DNA of 64,000 bases. Source: Mobula hypostoma (lineage: Eukaryota). The notes beneath the pieces are model-generated. The model was not told the origin of the DNA. It saw only the letters and a program-made list of their open reading frames with translations, and searched no databases. The stretch covers positions 120,406,001-120,470,000 of the forward strand of contig NC_086097.1 of assembly GCF_963921235.1 (NCBI RefSeq). Reading direction: 5' to 3'. The translations under genes and the position numbers were made by a program. The first letter of the stretch is position 1. Each line of letters begins with the position of its first letter. Below are positions 37,590 to 51,239 of this stretch, in pieces.

Positions 37590-39995
37590 GTTACTTAATT
37601 CTCAAGCATGCAGGTACAGCACCTTTAAGTGGAAGTCGGTAGATCACCACAGCTAAAAAGAGAGAGGAGGGGAAAACTCCAAGCCAGGCTGAGATGAAGA
37701 GGAATCAGACTCCCTCTACCCAGCATCTTGTTAGAAAATCTGTAGTCACTGGAGAACAGGTTTGAGGGCAAGATTTTTGTAATGGAGAGAAATAAGGAAC
37801 TGCTGTGTTCTTAGTTTCATGGAGACAAGGCTCACTCCAGCTGTATCAGTAAGACCTGAAGTCTTCTCAATACACAGGATGGACTAAACTGCTGATTCAG
37901 AGAAGGCAAAAGGTGGAGGTCTCTGTTTCACATAAACTCCTTGTTGTGCTCTGACATGGTGCTTTTTGTTGTGCTCTTGTACCAGAAACATCTAGTGATT
38001 AAATGCCAACCATTCTACATACGAAGAGAGTTCCACTCCATGATCCAGACCACAGTTTACATACCACCAAAAGCCAAAGTTAACCAAACATTGAATGCTG
38101 CGATCATCAAACAAGAAACAGTCCACTCCGACACATTTCAAGTAACAGTCGATGACTTCAATCAGACTTGTTTGAAGAAATCTCTGCACAATTATCATCA
38201 GCATATAGCCTGCAGCACCATGGGTCCCAACACACTAGACCACTGCTATACTATGATAAGGAATGCCTACCATTCCATGCCAAGACTGCAGTTCAGGAAA
38301 TCTGATCACTTGGTTGTCCGTCTCCTACCTGCATATGGGCAAAGGTAAAAGAGCAAGGCTCCAGAGATTAGGACAACAAAAAAGTGGTTGTAGGAAGAAG
38401 AGAAGCGGCTATGGGATTGCTTCAAGTCGGTGGAATAGGCAGTGTTCAACAACTCATCAGAGGATCTGAGTACACCACAGTTATCATGGCATTTATAAAA
38501 ATTCTTGCAGATGAGCGTGTCCCTGCAAAATCATCCAGTGTGCTCCATAACCAGAACCCCAGATGAAACATGAGATCCACAATGTGCTGAGGGGCAGATC
38601 AGTGGCATTCAGGTTTGTCAACCAAGTAAGATAGAAGACATCCAAGTATGATCTCCAGAAAGCCATCTCAAGGGGGATGTGGCAATTCTGGACCAAACTT
38701 GAATCACCGAAGGATGCTTGACAGCTGTGGCAGACCTTGAATGCTATTAGCTCTTACTAAGTGAAACCAAGCAACAACGGTGACAACAAGGCTTCACTCC
38801 CAGTTGAAGCCAATATCTCGTATGCTTGCTTTGACCATCAAAACATGGAGGAACTTTCACAAACTCCCAGAGCCCCCGATGGTCCAGTGATTTCTGCCTC
38901 TGATTCCGATCATCCTTCAAGAGGGTGAACACACAGAAAACATCTGACCCAGACAGGACAGGGCACCTGACTGAGCACTAAAGATCTGTGCTGAGGGTTC
39001 ATGAATGCCTTTAACCTCTCACATCAGCAGTCTGAGGTACCCACCTGCTTCAAGCAGGCTTCAATTATACGGGTGCGTAAGAAGAACATGGTAATCTGCC
39101 TCAATGACTATCGTCTAGTAGCACTTGCATCCACTACGATAAAGTGCTTTGAGAGATTGGCGATGAAACCAATCAACACCTGCGTGAGTAGCAACGTGGA
39201 CCTGCTCTAACTTGACCACCAGTGCAATAGATCCACAGCAGATGCTATTTCATTGGTTCTATGATCAAACCTGCAATATCTAGGCAGCAAAGATGCTCTT
39301 GATGCTCTTTATCAACTATAGTTCAGTATTCAGTGCTATCAACCCCTCGAAACTTGGCCTCAATACCTCCTTGTGTAATAGGATCCTTGATTTACTCACT
39401 TGTAGTTCAGATGAACAGCAACAACTCCTCCACAATCACCATCAGCACAGGAGTACCAGAAGTCCGTGTGCTTAGTTCACTGCTCTAGTCGCTTTGTACT
39501 TATGACTGCTAGGCTAAGCACAGCCCCAATGCTATATTTAAGCTTTCTGATGACACTACTGTTGTAGGCCGAAACAAAGATGGTGATGAATATAGAAGGG
39601 AGAATGAAAACCTGGCTGAGCGGTGCTATAACAGCAACCTCTTACTCCATGTCAGCAAGACCAAGGAGATGATTATTGACTTCAGGAGGAGGAAACCAGA
39701 GGTCCATAAGTCAGTCCTTATTGGAGGATCAGAGGTGGGGAGGGTCAGGAACTTTAAATTCCTTGGTTTTATCATTTCAGAGGATCTGCAATTACAAAGA
39801 AAGCATAGCAGTGTCTTCTCTTCCTTAGAACTCTGCAAAGAATCAATATGATATCTAAAACTTTGACAAACTTTTATAGATGTGAGGTGGAGAGAATATT
39901 GATTGGTTGGATCATAATCTAGTATGGAAGCTCCAATGCCCTTGAACAGAAAATCTTACAAAAGTAGTGGATAGAGCACAGTCCATCATGAGTTA
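37590..39995 (+). mobile_element. Rex1/Babar LINE (EN + RT), degenerate
   Basis: CQPFYIRREF..VYIPP..DDFN..LDHCY..KSDH (37941-38348); PTCFKQASII..CLNDYRLVAL (39001-39210). Confidence 0.85.
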
Positions 39996-39997
39996 AG

Positions 39998-40765
39998 CCC
40001 TCACAACACGCTGGAGGAGTTCAGCAGGTCGGTCAGCATCTGTGGAAAAGATCGGGCCAGAACCCTTCGTCAGGACTGTAGAGGGAAGGAGCAGAGGCCC
40101 TATAAAGAAGGTGGGCGAGGGTGGGAAGGAGAAAGCTAGTAGGTTCCGGGTGAAAAACCAGTAAGACGCAGATTGGGGGACCGATTCGTCGAGCACCTTT
40201 GCTCCGTCCGCCACAACAGACAGGATCTCCCAGTATCCATCCAATTCAACTCTGCTTCCCACTCCCATTCAGCTATGTACATACATGGCCTCCGCTACTG
40301 CCATGATGAGGCTAAACTCAGGTTGGAGGAGCAACACCTCATATACCGTCTAGGTAGTCTCCAGCCCCTTGGTATGAACATAGAATTCTCCAACTTCCGG
40401 TAATTCCCTCCCCCTCCCTTCCTCCATCCCTATATCACTCTGCCTCCTCCCCCAACTGCCTACAACCTCCCTCATGGTTCCTCCTCCTTCTACTACCCAT
40501 TGTGTTTTCCCCTATTCCTTCTTCACCTTTTCTGCCTACCACCTCCCTGCTTCCCCTCCCCCACCCCTTTATCTTTCCCCTTACTGGTTTTTCACCTGGA
40601 ACCTACCAGCCTTCTCCTTCCCACCCTCCCCCCACCTTCTTTATAGGGCCTCTGACCCTTCCTCCTACAGTCCTGACGAAGGGTTCCGGCCTGAAACGTC
40701 GACCAATCTTTTCCACGGATTCTGCCCAACCTGCTGAGTTCCACCAGCGTGTTGTGAGTGTTGAT
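39998..40765 (+). mobile_element. Penelope (second family) GIY-YIG 3' part + pLTR, with inverted pLTR piece 39998-40165
   Basis: ORF 40173-40403 GDRFVEHLCSVR..LRLEEQHLIYRLGSLQP; 40000-40165 is reverse complement of ~40580-40755. Confidence 0.88.
40668..40704 (+). ncRNA. Minimal type I hammerhead ribozyme, intact core
   Basis: cagtc CTGACGA agggttccggcct GAAA c GTC gac. Confidence 0.75.
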
Positions 40766-40779
40766 TTGACCCCAGCAAT

Positions 40780-41700
40780 TTGACCTGGACCATAGCTCTC
40801 CATACCCCTCTCAGATACATACCTATCTCTATTTATCTTAATTGTTAAAATCAAATTTTTATCATCCACTTCCGCTTGCTGCTTTTTCTACACTCTCACT
40901 ACCCTCTGAGTGAAGTTCCCCTCCATGTTCCCCTTAAACATTTCACATTTTACCCTCAACCCATGACTATTAATTCTGCTCTCACCCTTAACCCATGACC
41001 TCTAGTTCTAGTCTCAATGGAAAGCAGCCTCCTTGCATTTACCCTATCTATACACTTCATAATTCTGCACACCTCTATTAAATCTCCCTTCAATCTCCCA
41101 TGCTCCAGGGAATACAATCCTAACCTATTCAATCTTTCAAGTCCTCAGTTCCCTGTAACATCCTTGTAAATTTTCTCTACATTTTTTCAATCTTGATATC
41201 TTTCCTGCAGGTAAGTGACCAAAGCTGCACACAATTCTCCAAATTAGGCTTCATCAATGCCTTATACAATTTTGACATAACATGGCATCCCCTGTACTCA
41301 ATACATTAATTTATGAAGGCCTATGTGCCAAAGGTTTTCTTTACAGCCCTGCACACCACTTTCAAGGAATTATGGATCAGTATTCTCGTGTCTCTCCATT
41401 TTACCACACTCTCTTGTGCTTATCACCCATCGTGGTTCATCCTCCCAAAGTGCAACACCTCCCACTGCAAGTTGTGATAGCCTTCCTCGCTGTCCACTAC
41501 ACCCTCAATCTTGGTATCATCTGCAAATTTGCTGAACAATTTAACACATTATCATCCAGACCATTGATATAGATGGCAAACAACAATGGACCCAGCAGCA
41601 TACACTGCAGCACAACACTAGTCACAGGCCTCCTGTCAGAGAAGCAACCATCTTCTGCCACTCTCTAGCTTTTACCACAAAGCAAATGTCTGATGCAATA
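40780..41700 (-). mobile_element. Old CR1 3' fragment
   Basis: catctgcaaattt (KFAD on minus), gcacacaattctccaaattagg (PNLENCV). Confidence 0.7.
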
Positions 41701-41719
41701 GGTTGAATAAGTACAATGA

Positions 41720-44205
41720 ATAGACAATAGACAATAGGTGCAGGTGTAGGCCATTCAGCCTTTCGAGCCAGCACCGCCATTCACTGTAATCATGGCTGAT
41801 CATCCACAATCAGTACCCTGTTCCTGCCTTCTCCCCATATCCCTTGGCTCTGCTATCATTAAGAGCTCTATTAACTCTTTCTTGAAAGCATCCAGAGAAT
41901 TGGCCTCCACTGCCTTCTGGGGCAGAGCATTCCACAGATCCACAACTCTCTGGGTGAAAAAGTTTTTCCTCAACTCTGTTCTAAATGGCTTACCCCTTAT
42001 TCACAAATTATGGCCTCTGGTTCTGGACTCCCCCAACATCGGGAACATGTTTCCTGCCTCTAGTGTGTCCAAACCCTTAATAATCTTACATGTTTCAATC
42101 AGATCCCCTCTCATCATTCTAAATTCCAGTGTATACAACCCCATTCGCTCCAATCTTTCAACATATAAGAGTCCCACCATCTCGGGAATTAAACTCGTGA
42201 ACCTCCGTTGCACTCCCTCAATAACAAGAATGTCCTTCCTCAAATTTGGAGACCAAAACTGTACACAATACTCCAGGTGTGGTCTCACCAGGGCCCTGTA
42301 CAACTGCAGAAGGACCTCTTTGCTCCTATACTCAATTCCCCTTGTTATGAAGGCCAGCATGCCATTAGCTTTCTTCACTGCCTGCTGTACCTGCATGCTT
42401 ACTTTCAGTGACTGATGAACAAGGAAACCAAGATCTCATTGTACTTCTCCTTTTCCTAACTTGACACCATTCAAATAGTAATCTGTCTTCCTGTTCTTGC
42501 CACCAAAGTGGATAACCTCACACTTATCCACATTAAACTGCATCTGCCATGCATCTGCCCACTGACCCAAACTGTCCAAATGATCCTGCATGATCTCAAC
42601 ATCCTCCACACATTTCACACTGCCACCCAGTGTAGTGTCATCTGCGCAAATTTGCTAATATTACTTTTAACCCCTTCGTCTAAATCATTAATGTATATTG
42701 TAAATAGCTGCGGTCCCAGCTCCGAGCCTTGCGGTGCCCCACGAGTCACCGCCTGCCATTCTGAAAGGGGCCCGTTAATCCCTACTCTTTGTTGCCGGTC
42801 TGCCAACCAATTTACAATCCATGTCAGTACCCTACCCCCAAAACCATGTGCTCTAATTTTGCCCACTAATGGGATCTTATCAAAGGCTTTCTGAAAGTCC
42901 AGGTACACTACATCCACTGGCTCTTCCTTGTCCATTTTCGTAGTTACATCCTCAAAAAATTCCAGAAGATTCATCAAGCATGATTTCCCCTTCGTATATC
43001 CATGCTGACTTGGACCGATCCTGTTACTGCTATCCAAATGTGCCGCTATTTCATCCTTTATAATTGACTCCAGCATCTTCCCCACCACTGATGTCAGGCT
43101 AACTGGTTTATAATTCCCTGTTTTCTCTCTCCCTCCTTTCTTAAAAAGTAGGATAACATTAGCTACCCTCCAGTCCTCAGGAACTGATCCTGAATCTATA
43201 GAACATTGGAAAATGATTACCAATGCGTCCACGATTTCTAGAGCCACCTCCTTAAGTACCCTGGGGTGCAGACCATCAGGCCCTGGGGATTTATCAGCCT
43301 TCAGTCCCATCAGTCTATCCAACACCATTTTCTGCCTAATGTGAATCTCCTACAGTTCCTCTGTTACCCTAGGCCGTCCGGCCACCATTACATCTGGGAG
43401 ATTGTTTGTGTCTTCCCTAGTGAAGACAGATAAAAAGTACCTGTTCAACTCATCTGCCATTTCCTTGTTCCCATAATTAATTTACCCGTTTCTGTCTTCA
43501 AGGGCCCAACTTTGGTCTTAACTATTTTTTCCTTCTTTACATAACTAAAGAAGCTTTTAATATCCTCCTTTATATTCTTGGCTAGCTTGCCTTCGTATCT
43601 CATCTTTTCTCCCCGGATTGCCTTTTTAGTTATCCTCTGTTGCTCTTTAAAAGTTTCCCTATCCTCTGGCTTCCTGCTCATCTTTGCTATGTTATACTTC
43701 TTCTCTTTTACTTTTATACTATCCTTGACTTCCCTTGTCAGCCATGGTCACCCCTTACTCCCCTTAGAATCTTTCTTCCTCTTTGGATTGAACTGATCCT
43801 GCACTTCCTGTATTATTCCCAGAAATACCTGCCATTGTTGTTCCACTGTCATCCCTGCTAGAGTATTGTTCCATTGACCCTTGGCCAGCTCCTCCCTCAT
43901 AGCACCATAGTCCCCTTTGTTCAACTGTAATACTGACACTTCCGAGTTTCCCTTCTCCCTCTCAAACTGTAGTTTAAAACTTATCATATTATGGTCACTA
44001 CCTCCTATTGGCTCCTTTACCTCGAGTTCCCTTATCAAATCTGGCTCATTACACAACACTAAATCCAGAATTGCCTTCCCCCTGGTAGGTTCCAGTACAA
44101 GCTGCTCTAAGAATCCATCTTGGAGGCACTCCACAAACTCCCTATCTTGGAGTCCAGTACTAACTTGATTTTCCCAGCCTACCTGCATGTTAAAATCCCC
44201 CATAA
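41720..44205 (-). mobile_element. CR1 LINE ORF2, 5'-truncated, relatively well preserved
   Basis: ORFs 43748-44203 (MGDFN, ILDLVL, GSDHN), 42615-43328 (KSPGPDG, YLDFQKAFD, GAPQGS), 42001-42396; (CTATTGT)n tail at ~41720. Confidence 0.92.
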
Positions 44206-44960
44206 TTCTTTTTCTTCACAAACATCCACAAAAATAGAGGTGTGCCCTAAAGAATGAATGACAGTTAAATGTTAGAACCCCAAAGCCCCCCATCCAACTC
44301 CCCCCTCCCATGCATAAGCAGCAGCAAAGCAACAACCCCCTCCCCCCAGCAAAAAACATCAGCACTCCCCAGCGAGCTCTCAAACGTGCAGCAAAGCATC
44401 AATAAAGACACAGACTTCCAGTACCCAAAGACTACTCGTTCACTGGGCAATTTGACATGCCACAGGCTCTCTCTCTCTCTCTCTCCCTAATAAGGGAAAA
44501 AGAGCGAGAGGGGAGACATATCAAAACAACTCACTGATTCATGGTGTTAAAAGTCTGTTGCGTTGCCTTTTCCGAGCTCTGTGACCAAAAAACTCGGGTC
44601 TCTGAGCACACAGCCAGCAGCCAGCTTGCTGCTTCCTATCTTCCATGTACTCCCATGATACATCAGGCAGCAGCACCGGACTTAAATCCGCCCACCTCCA
44701 GAGCCACGAAAATCGGGCACCTTGAAGGCGCGCTAGTATTCCAGGCCGCTTCCTTGGCATACCAACTAGGTTGGTCGTGAGGCCCCGAGAGCGTGTCCCA
44801 TTTCCGCAAAGAACCAAAGTCAGAGTGTAACTCCAGGTCAGGGTCTTCAAAAGAACCTTGAAAGGGGAAAAAACAGATATCAAAGATAGAAATAGAGCTG
44901 TCTCCGAAGATGCAAGGAAAGGAGTTGCCGTTAGGCGCCATCATCCTCCTAAGCTCCACT
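44205..44960 (-). mobile_element. Non-autonomous retroelement (family of 20480-22610)
   Basis: Minus strand starts gatgatggcgcctaacggcaactcctttcc; shared 5' and 3' blocks with the 20.5-22.6 kb copy. Confidence 0.6.
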
Positions 44961-47900
44961 ATCTCATCTTGAATGCTGAGCGACTGAATCTTCTTGACAA
45001 ACTTTTGTAACGCATTGGGAAAGGTTTCACTGCTAATGTAATGGTCTGTCTGTAGCAGCAGTGTTTGGCTTATGACAAGAGATAAAGGGGGCTTTGGAAT
45101 GTGCGCCGTCCAATGAGGGGAGTGATTTTTTCTTTCTTGTGTGTCCAAGAGTAGGTATTCATGGTCTTTTGTTCAGCGGAAGATGGAGAGAGAAGATGCC
45201 AGAATGGAGAGATCGTAGACTGCAGGATGGAGTGGACTTGGAATGGGTTGGGAGTCGACGATGCCCGGGGGAAATTGATGGGGGGGCTAATGGACGGGAA
45301 ACCCTGAGCTTCAACGTGTGCATTGGACTGTTTCATTAAAATGGGTCCTTTTCTTTTTGTTTCTCTTTACTAGCCCTCTAGTCAAATCAAGAACTATAAA
45401 ACTAATTCTTTTAATTGTATATGGTGTACATAATAGGGGAACACATCATGCAGCATCCACAAAAACAAGAGGTTTTGCACTTCTGATCTCACACATTTGG
45501 CGGGGCTGTCTTCTCTAGAGTAATGCCGCCATCTGAACCTGAGGATTACAATTGTTGGGGTATCATTCCGGGATTGATTTTGTTGGATGCTGTGTGATTG
45601 CCCTGAGCATTGAACCAGTGGGTTGTGTGTTTAAATCTGTGCTGGTGTGGATGCTGCTGGGGCGGAGTGATGATGCACATCGATGTGGTTACCGGTAATT
45701 AATGCGTGTGTGTTGAGCAGGTAGGTATCCGTACTCCTGATGAATTGTTAATTTGACTTTTAAGTACTGTTAAAGCTGTAGGCAAAGTTACGATTGTGGG
45801 ACAGAGATTTGATAAAATGGTGTGCACAGACTTTGTTTTAGTTCCATCTGGTGTTGACGTAACGGCAGCGACTGCCTGGTACTATTGGGGCCCCAGAAGA
45901 GGAGGGGATGTGGACTGTCCATACTTTCTGGGAGGAGGAGAGTGTAGGGGAGCGGGCCGAATCACAAGTCAAGTCTCCCGTAGCTGGGGGCGGAGACTTC
46001 CGAGCCAGGGTTCTCTCGTTTCTGCTTAGCGAAGGGAAGGAGTGGTCTGATTTGGAATGTCTATTGAGCCCCCATCCCTCAGTGAAGAATGAGAATTTTG
46101 AGTTAGTATCCACCCTTACCTCTGGTGAATAAATGGAAAAATGCCCAGGTCCAAAGTCTGAGCTATGGTAGGCTCCGCTTAATCTCAGGAACGAAGCCCA
46201 CCCTGAAGGGGAAGAGGAGTATGAGGCGTGGGCGGAGCTTATCTCTCAGTTGTTAGATGAGTGGCAGTGCTCTGATGACATAAAACAACAGAGATTGGTT
46301 GAGAGTTTGAGGGGGCAGGCTGCTGACATTGTGAGAGCCATAAAGTCCCGGTACTCCCTAGCCAAGGCTGCCAATTACATGGGTGCATTGGAAAATGCAT
46401 TTGGCACGACAGGAATCCCAATGGAGCTCATGACGGGGTTTCAGAACATGCATCAGGAGAATGGGGAGAAGCTTTTTGCCTACACCTTTCAGCTAGAGAG
46501 GCAGCTAAATTACTTGCGGCGCAGAGGGGTCATTCAGGTGGCTGAGGTGGATCAGTTAAGGATGGACCAGATACCAAAGGGCGCCCAGTCCCAGGACCTG
46601 ATTGCTTAGGGTCTTCGAATCTCTCATAAGATGCACCCCCCACCCTGCCATTTATTGAGCTGATCTGAGAAGTATGAGAGGAGGAGAATGCGTCGTAAAC
46701 AGAGGAGGCCTCTGTCAGCAGGGTACAGTGCTCGGCAGTGGTCCCTTGCAGTGAAGTGACCACAGATAGCTTGTCCCAGGGTGTGGTAGATGAGATTGTG
46801 GCAGAGTTGAGAACTGAGATGTCCTGGTTGTTATCAGCGGGTGTGACCCCCCTCCCCATATGATGGAGCTGATAGGGAGGTGAATCCTCTAAGGGGTTGG
46901 ACTACACAGAGGACTGCTAGCAGCCGGTGTCACGCGAAAAAGAAGGAGAGCTGCCGGTATTGTCTATTGTAACTGTGGTGAGGAGGGACACTTCAGGCGG
47001 GGCTGTGAATGATGAGAAACCTTTCAGAGAGTGAACCCCTTGGGTACCTAAGCAGACAGAGTTGTTGGGAAAACTTAAAAGAGACCCATTGAGGGGATGG
47101 CCTGGCTTATCGGGGTGAACACATTCCCAGCAATATATCAAGGAACACTCTAAAGCAAAAAACCCTATTCCTGAAGGCTTAGTTGGGCCAAGTTCCAGTG
47201 TATCACTACAGATAGAGGGCATTTATGCCAGAACCATACTTGATACAGGGTCTCAGGTCACTTTGCTGTGCTGTTCATTTTACAACCAGTATTTGACGCA
47301 TTTACCATTAACGCCATTCAGTGCATGAGAGATCTGGAGTCTTAGTGGGGATGATTGTCCTTATGATGGTTATTTGTCAGTGAAGCTGGGGTTTTCGGAG
47401 GCCAGTGTGGGAGTGACTGAGGTTCTTGATAGATTAGCACTAGTTTGTCCCGACCCCGTTGAGAAGGGTGACGTTTCAATTCTTGTGGGGACTAACACTA
47501 CTATTGTGAGGGGTCTCATGGGAGCCTGCAAGGAGAAAGCTGGAGACAGCTTCCTGTGAACATTGTCCGTTCACCTGGTGTTTCGTGCTGCTTTTCAGGA
47601 AGTGCTTGGCCAGATAACGAGTTTAGACGAGGGACCGTGTGGTTCACCCAGTCTAAGCCAATCATGTTACAGCCTGGGGAAGTAGAGAGAGTAACGGGAA
47701 ACCCCAAATTTCTCAGAATGCCCGAGGGCAAGGTCTTCTTGGTGGATGTTCGGGAAGACCACCAAGAGGAGTCGGGAGTGCCTGCTGGGGTACAAGTGAG
47801 TCCCGAACTGCAGAAGCCCTCAGTTGTACAGGTGAACAGAATGGTAGTGCTTGTCAAGCGGGCATGCCCCTGGTGCATCTTTTCCCAGTGACGTCAATAT

Positions 47901-49199
47901 CTAATGTCCCTGTAAGACAACCCAGGGAGAAACTATTGGAAAAAGGGGGAAAGTTGACCACTGAGTCATTCAACTTTGGGTTGGAAGAGGAGGTCGGTAG
48001 GGAAGATGTTGAAGCTGCAATTTTTCATTTCCACTGAGGAGCTTGATGTGGGTTATTCCAAGTGTACTCGTCACACTAATCGGGTGACTGAGAACATCCC
48101 GTTCAGAGAGAGGTCGTGGCGACTGGCCCCTACAGACATGGAAGACGTTCGGCAGCACTTGTGTAAGTTGAAGGAAGCTGGGATTATAGGACTCTGAACA
48201 GGCGTACTGTCCCCAACCAGTATACGGTCCCAAGGATCGAGAAGCGCTGGCCTGTCTGAATGGTGCGAAGTGGTTCAGTGTGCTGCAGTTGACTGGATAT
48301 TATCAGATCCCCATGAGTGAGGCTGGTAAAGAGAAAACGACATTTATATGTCCACTGGGATTCTTCCAGTTAGAAAGGATATCCCAGAGCATATCGGGAG
48401 CTCCTGCAAACTTCCAGCGGATCATGAAGAAAATGGTGGGGGATATGAACTTGCTTGAGGTATTAGTGTATCTGGATGACCTCATAGTGTTTGGGTCCAC
48501 CTTGGAAGAACATGAAGCGAGGCTACTGAAGGTACTGGGCCACCTGAAAGCTGAAGGATTAAAACTTTCCCTTGATAAGTGCCAGTTCTGCAAGACATCT
48601 GTTAGCTATGTTGGGCACATAGTCTCACGAAGTGGAAGTAGTAACTGATCTGTCTAAGATAGAGGCAGTGACCACCTAGCCAAGGCCCCAGACTGTGAGT
48701 GCTTTGCGCTCACTCCTTTAGTTCTCTGGTTTACTATTGGAGGTTCATGAAGGGCAACGTGAAAGTGAGTCACACGTTGAATCAGCTTCTGTGTGGTTAC
48801 CCTCCCTTGGGGAAGAAAGGGAGGAGGACAAAAGGAGAGGAGGGTAAAGAGTATCTTAGTCCTTCGGAACCTTTTGGACCAAGGTGGGATGGGAAATCTG
48901 AAGAGGCCTTTCAGTTGTTGAAGGAGAGGCTGACCCAGGCGCCTGTGCTGGCTCTTGCAGACCCCCGATTGCCATATAGACTCCATACAGATGCCAGCAG
49001 AGAGGCTTCCTATATCAGGACCAGGGCGCTGGGTTGAGACCTGTTGCATTTGTCAGCTGGAGTCTGTCACCCTCTGAGAAAAGCTATCCCACACACAAGT
49101 TGGAATTTCTAGCGTTGAAATGGGCTGTGGTGGATAAGCTGAGTGACTACATCTGTGGTGCCAAGTTTGAGGTGAGGACGGACAACAATCCCCTAACTT

Positions 49200-49675
49200 T
49201 AAAAACGCAAACAACAGGAATTCTGCAGATGCTGGAAATTCAAGCAACACACATCAAAGTTGCTGGTGAACGCAGCAGGCCAGGCAGCATCTCTAGAAAG
49301 AGATACAGTCGACGTTTCAGGCCGAGACCCTTCGTCAGGACTAACTGAAGGAAGAGTTAGTAAGAGATTTGAAAGTGGGAGGGGGAGGGGGAGATCCAAA
49401 ATGATAGGAGAAGACAGGAGGGGGAGGGATGGAGCCAAGAGCTGGACAGGTGATAGGCAAAGGGGATATGAGAGGATCATGGGACAGGAGGCCCAGGGAG
49501 AAAGAAAAGGGGGAGGGGGGAGAAAACCTAGCAGTTGGGCAAGGGGTATAGTCAGAGGGACAGAGGGAGAAAAAGGAGAGAGAGAGAGAAAGATTGTGTG
49601 TATATAAATAAATAACAGATGGGGTACGAGGGGGAGGTGGGGCATTAGCGGAAGTTAGAGAAGTCGATGTTCATG
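49200..49675 (-). mobile_element. Young Penelope solo pLTR inserted in Gypsy RNase H, 10-bp TSD
   Basis: TSD cccctaactt at 49190-49199 and 49676-49685; reading frame DNNPLT|YILTS resumes after it. Confidence 0.93.
49306..49347 (-). ncRNA. Minimal type I hammerhead ribozyme, intact core
   Basis: Minus strand cagttagtc CTGACGA agggtctcggcct GAAA c GTC gactg. Confidence 0.8.
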
Positions 49676-50857
49676 CCCCTAACTTACATTCTGACCTCGG
49701 TGAAATTGGATGCCACAGGCCATCGGTGGTTGGCGGCGTTGTCTGCCTATGATTTCAGCATGAAGTACCGGCCAGGAAGCCGGAACATTGATGCTGATGC
49801 TTTGTCCCGATATGCACGTGAAGGACTGGACAGGGATGATGAGTGGGAAAGCATTCCTGCCCCACGAGTGAAAGCCATGTGTCAGTTTGCCATCACGGTT
49901 TAGGCAGATGGAAAGCAAGGGCAGGATCGAGCGATGGATCAATTTGGAGCTTCCGATGTCTTAGTCACTGCGGAGTACTACGGCTTTCCCTACCAAGGAC
50001 CAGAGGGCGAACACGGTGGCCAAAGGTTATGGGAAAAGTGTTATGGATGTTCTTTAAAAGTAAAGATAAGCTTTTTTTGTTGCATGCACATTGAAACATT
50101 GAAACATACAGAAATGTGGCACTTATGTCAAAACAAATCAACAAGGATTGTGCTAAAGATAGCTCACAAGTGGCCCCACACGTCTGTACCAACATAAAAT
50201 TTCTATAACTTACTAACCCCTAAGCCTAACCATATGTCTTGAGAATGTGGGAGGAAACTGAAGCACCCAGAGGAAACCACGTACAAAAAGTATACTACTT
50301 GAGTATTCTACATTCTTGTTTAATGTCAATGGGTGGATTTTAATATTGTTTCAACAATTATGCCAGCACATCCATCTGAGGTAAAAATGTTAAATAATAT
50401 TCAGAGATGGGTGTTAATACAAATCCCTATCCTTAATTGAAAATGTGATAAGCATTTATGTCACTTGATTTCAAAGGGAATAAATTATAAAAAATATAAA
50501 AATTTTAATTTGAAATAAGACGTCAACAATCATAAAATGTCTAAAAAGTCATGGAGACAAAACTCTGAGGTGCAAGACTTGGTCTTTGCAGCACCCGAAG
50601 TTTGAACATTTCAAATTTCAATGTTCAAAGTAAATTAATTATCAATGTACACATACACTCAGTGACCACTTTATTAAGTATAGTAAGTTGCTCATAAAGT
50701 TGCCTCTGAATGTATGTCACTAAATACTACCCTGAGATTTCTGTTCTTGCAGACTTTCACAGTAGAACAAGAAAATGCAATAGAATCAATGAAAAAACTC
50801 CACTCAAATACTGATGAACAAACAATGTGCAAAAGAAGACAAACAGCAACCACAAAA

Positions 50858-50910
50858 ATACTACAACTACTACTAATAATAATAATCATCATCATCATCA
50901 TCATCATCAT
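50858..50910 (+). repeat. Compound microsatellite (CTA)n(ATA)n(ATC)n
   Basis: actacaactactactaataataataatcatcatcatcatcatcatcatcat. Confidence 0.9.
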
Positions 50911-51239
50911 AAAGAGCAAACAAATAATACTGAGAACATGACTTGTAGAGTCCATAGGTTGTGGAGTCAGTTCAGTGTTTTTCATCTGCAGCTAGTGAAT
51001 AATTCAATACCTTATATGACTGCCTACCTTTGGTTAGAGTTTACATAACTTGCTACACATGACCTGCAATGTGGAATCATTTTTGCAAAATACAGTGCTC
51101 CAGCCTATACTTTCACTTCATCTTGCGTAACTTAACCACTAAAAAACAGGAAAAAAAGACTTAACTCTCAGCTACCAGCCAATGGCCCTTCTCAGAGAAA
51201 TCATGCATCTGTACGGTTACAATGATTTTCCAAGAATTA

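Larger units (their letters stand above)
45071..50050 (+). mobile_element. Gypsy LTR retrotransposon remnant with PNMA-like gag, protease, RT, RNase H and an integrase scrap
   Basis: gag RLVESLRGQAADIV..ALENAFG (46250-46609); knuckle CNCGEEGHFRRGC ~46965; ILDTGSQVT ~47236; VYLDDLIVF (48280-48648); LHTDAS, RTDNNPL, YRPGSRNIDADALSR; AFPTKDQRANTVAK ~49983; probable 5' LTR ~45071-45490, no 3' LTR seen. Confidence 0.9.

Noticed and set aside
41792..42415. Long plus-strand ORF (207 aa)
   Set aside because: Antisense shadow of the CR1 RT ORF.
46250..46609. Domesticated PNMA-like gene
   Set aside because: Flanked by stops and frameshifts and followed by decayed pol; ordinary dead retrotransposon.
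50692..51048. ORFs with poly-His/Met/Ile runs
   Set aside because: Translation of a trinucleotide microsatellite inside a LINE tail.
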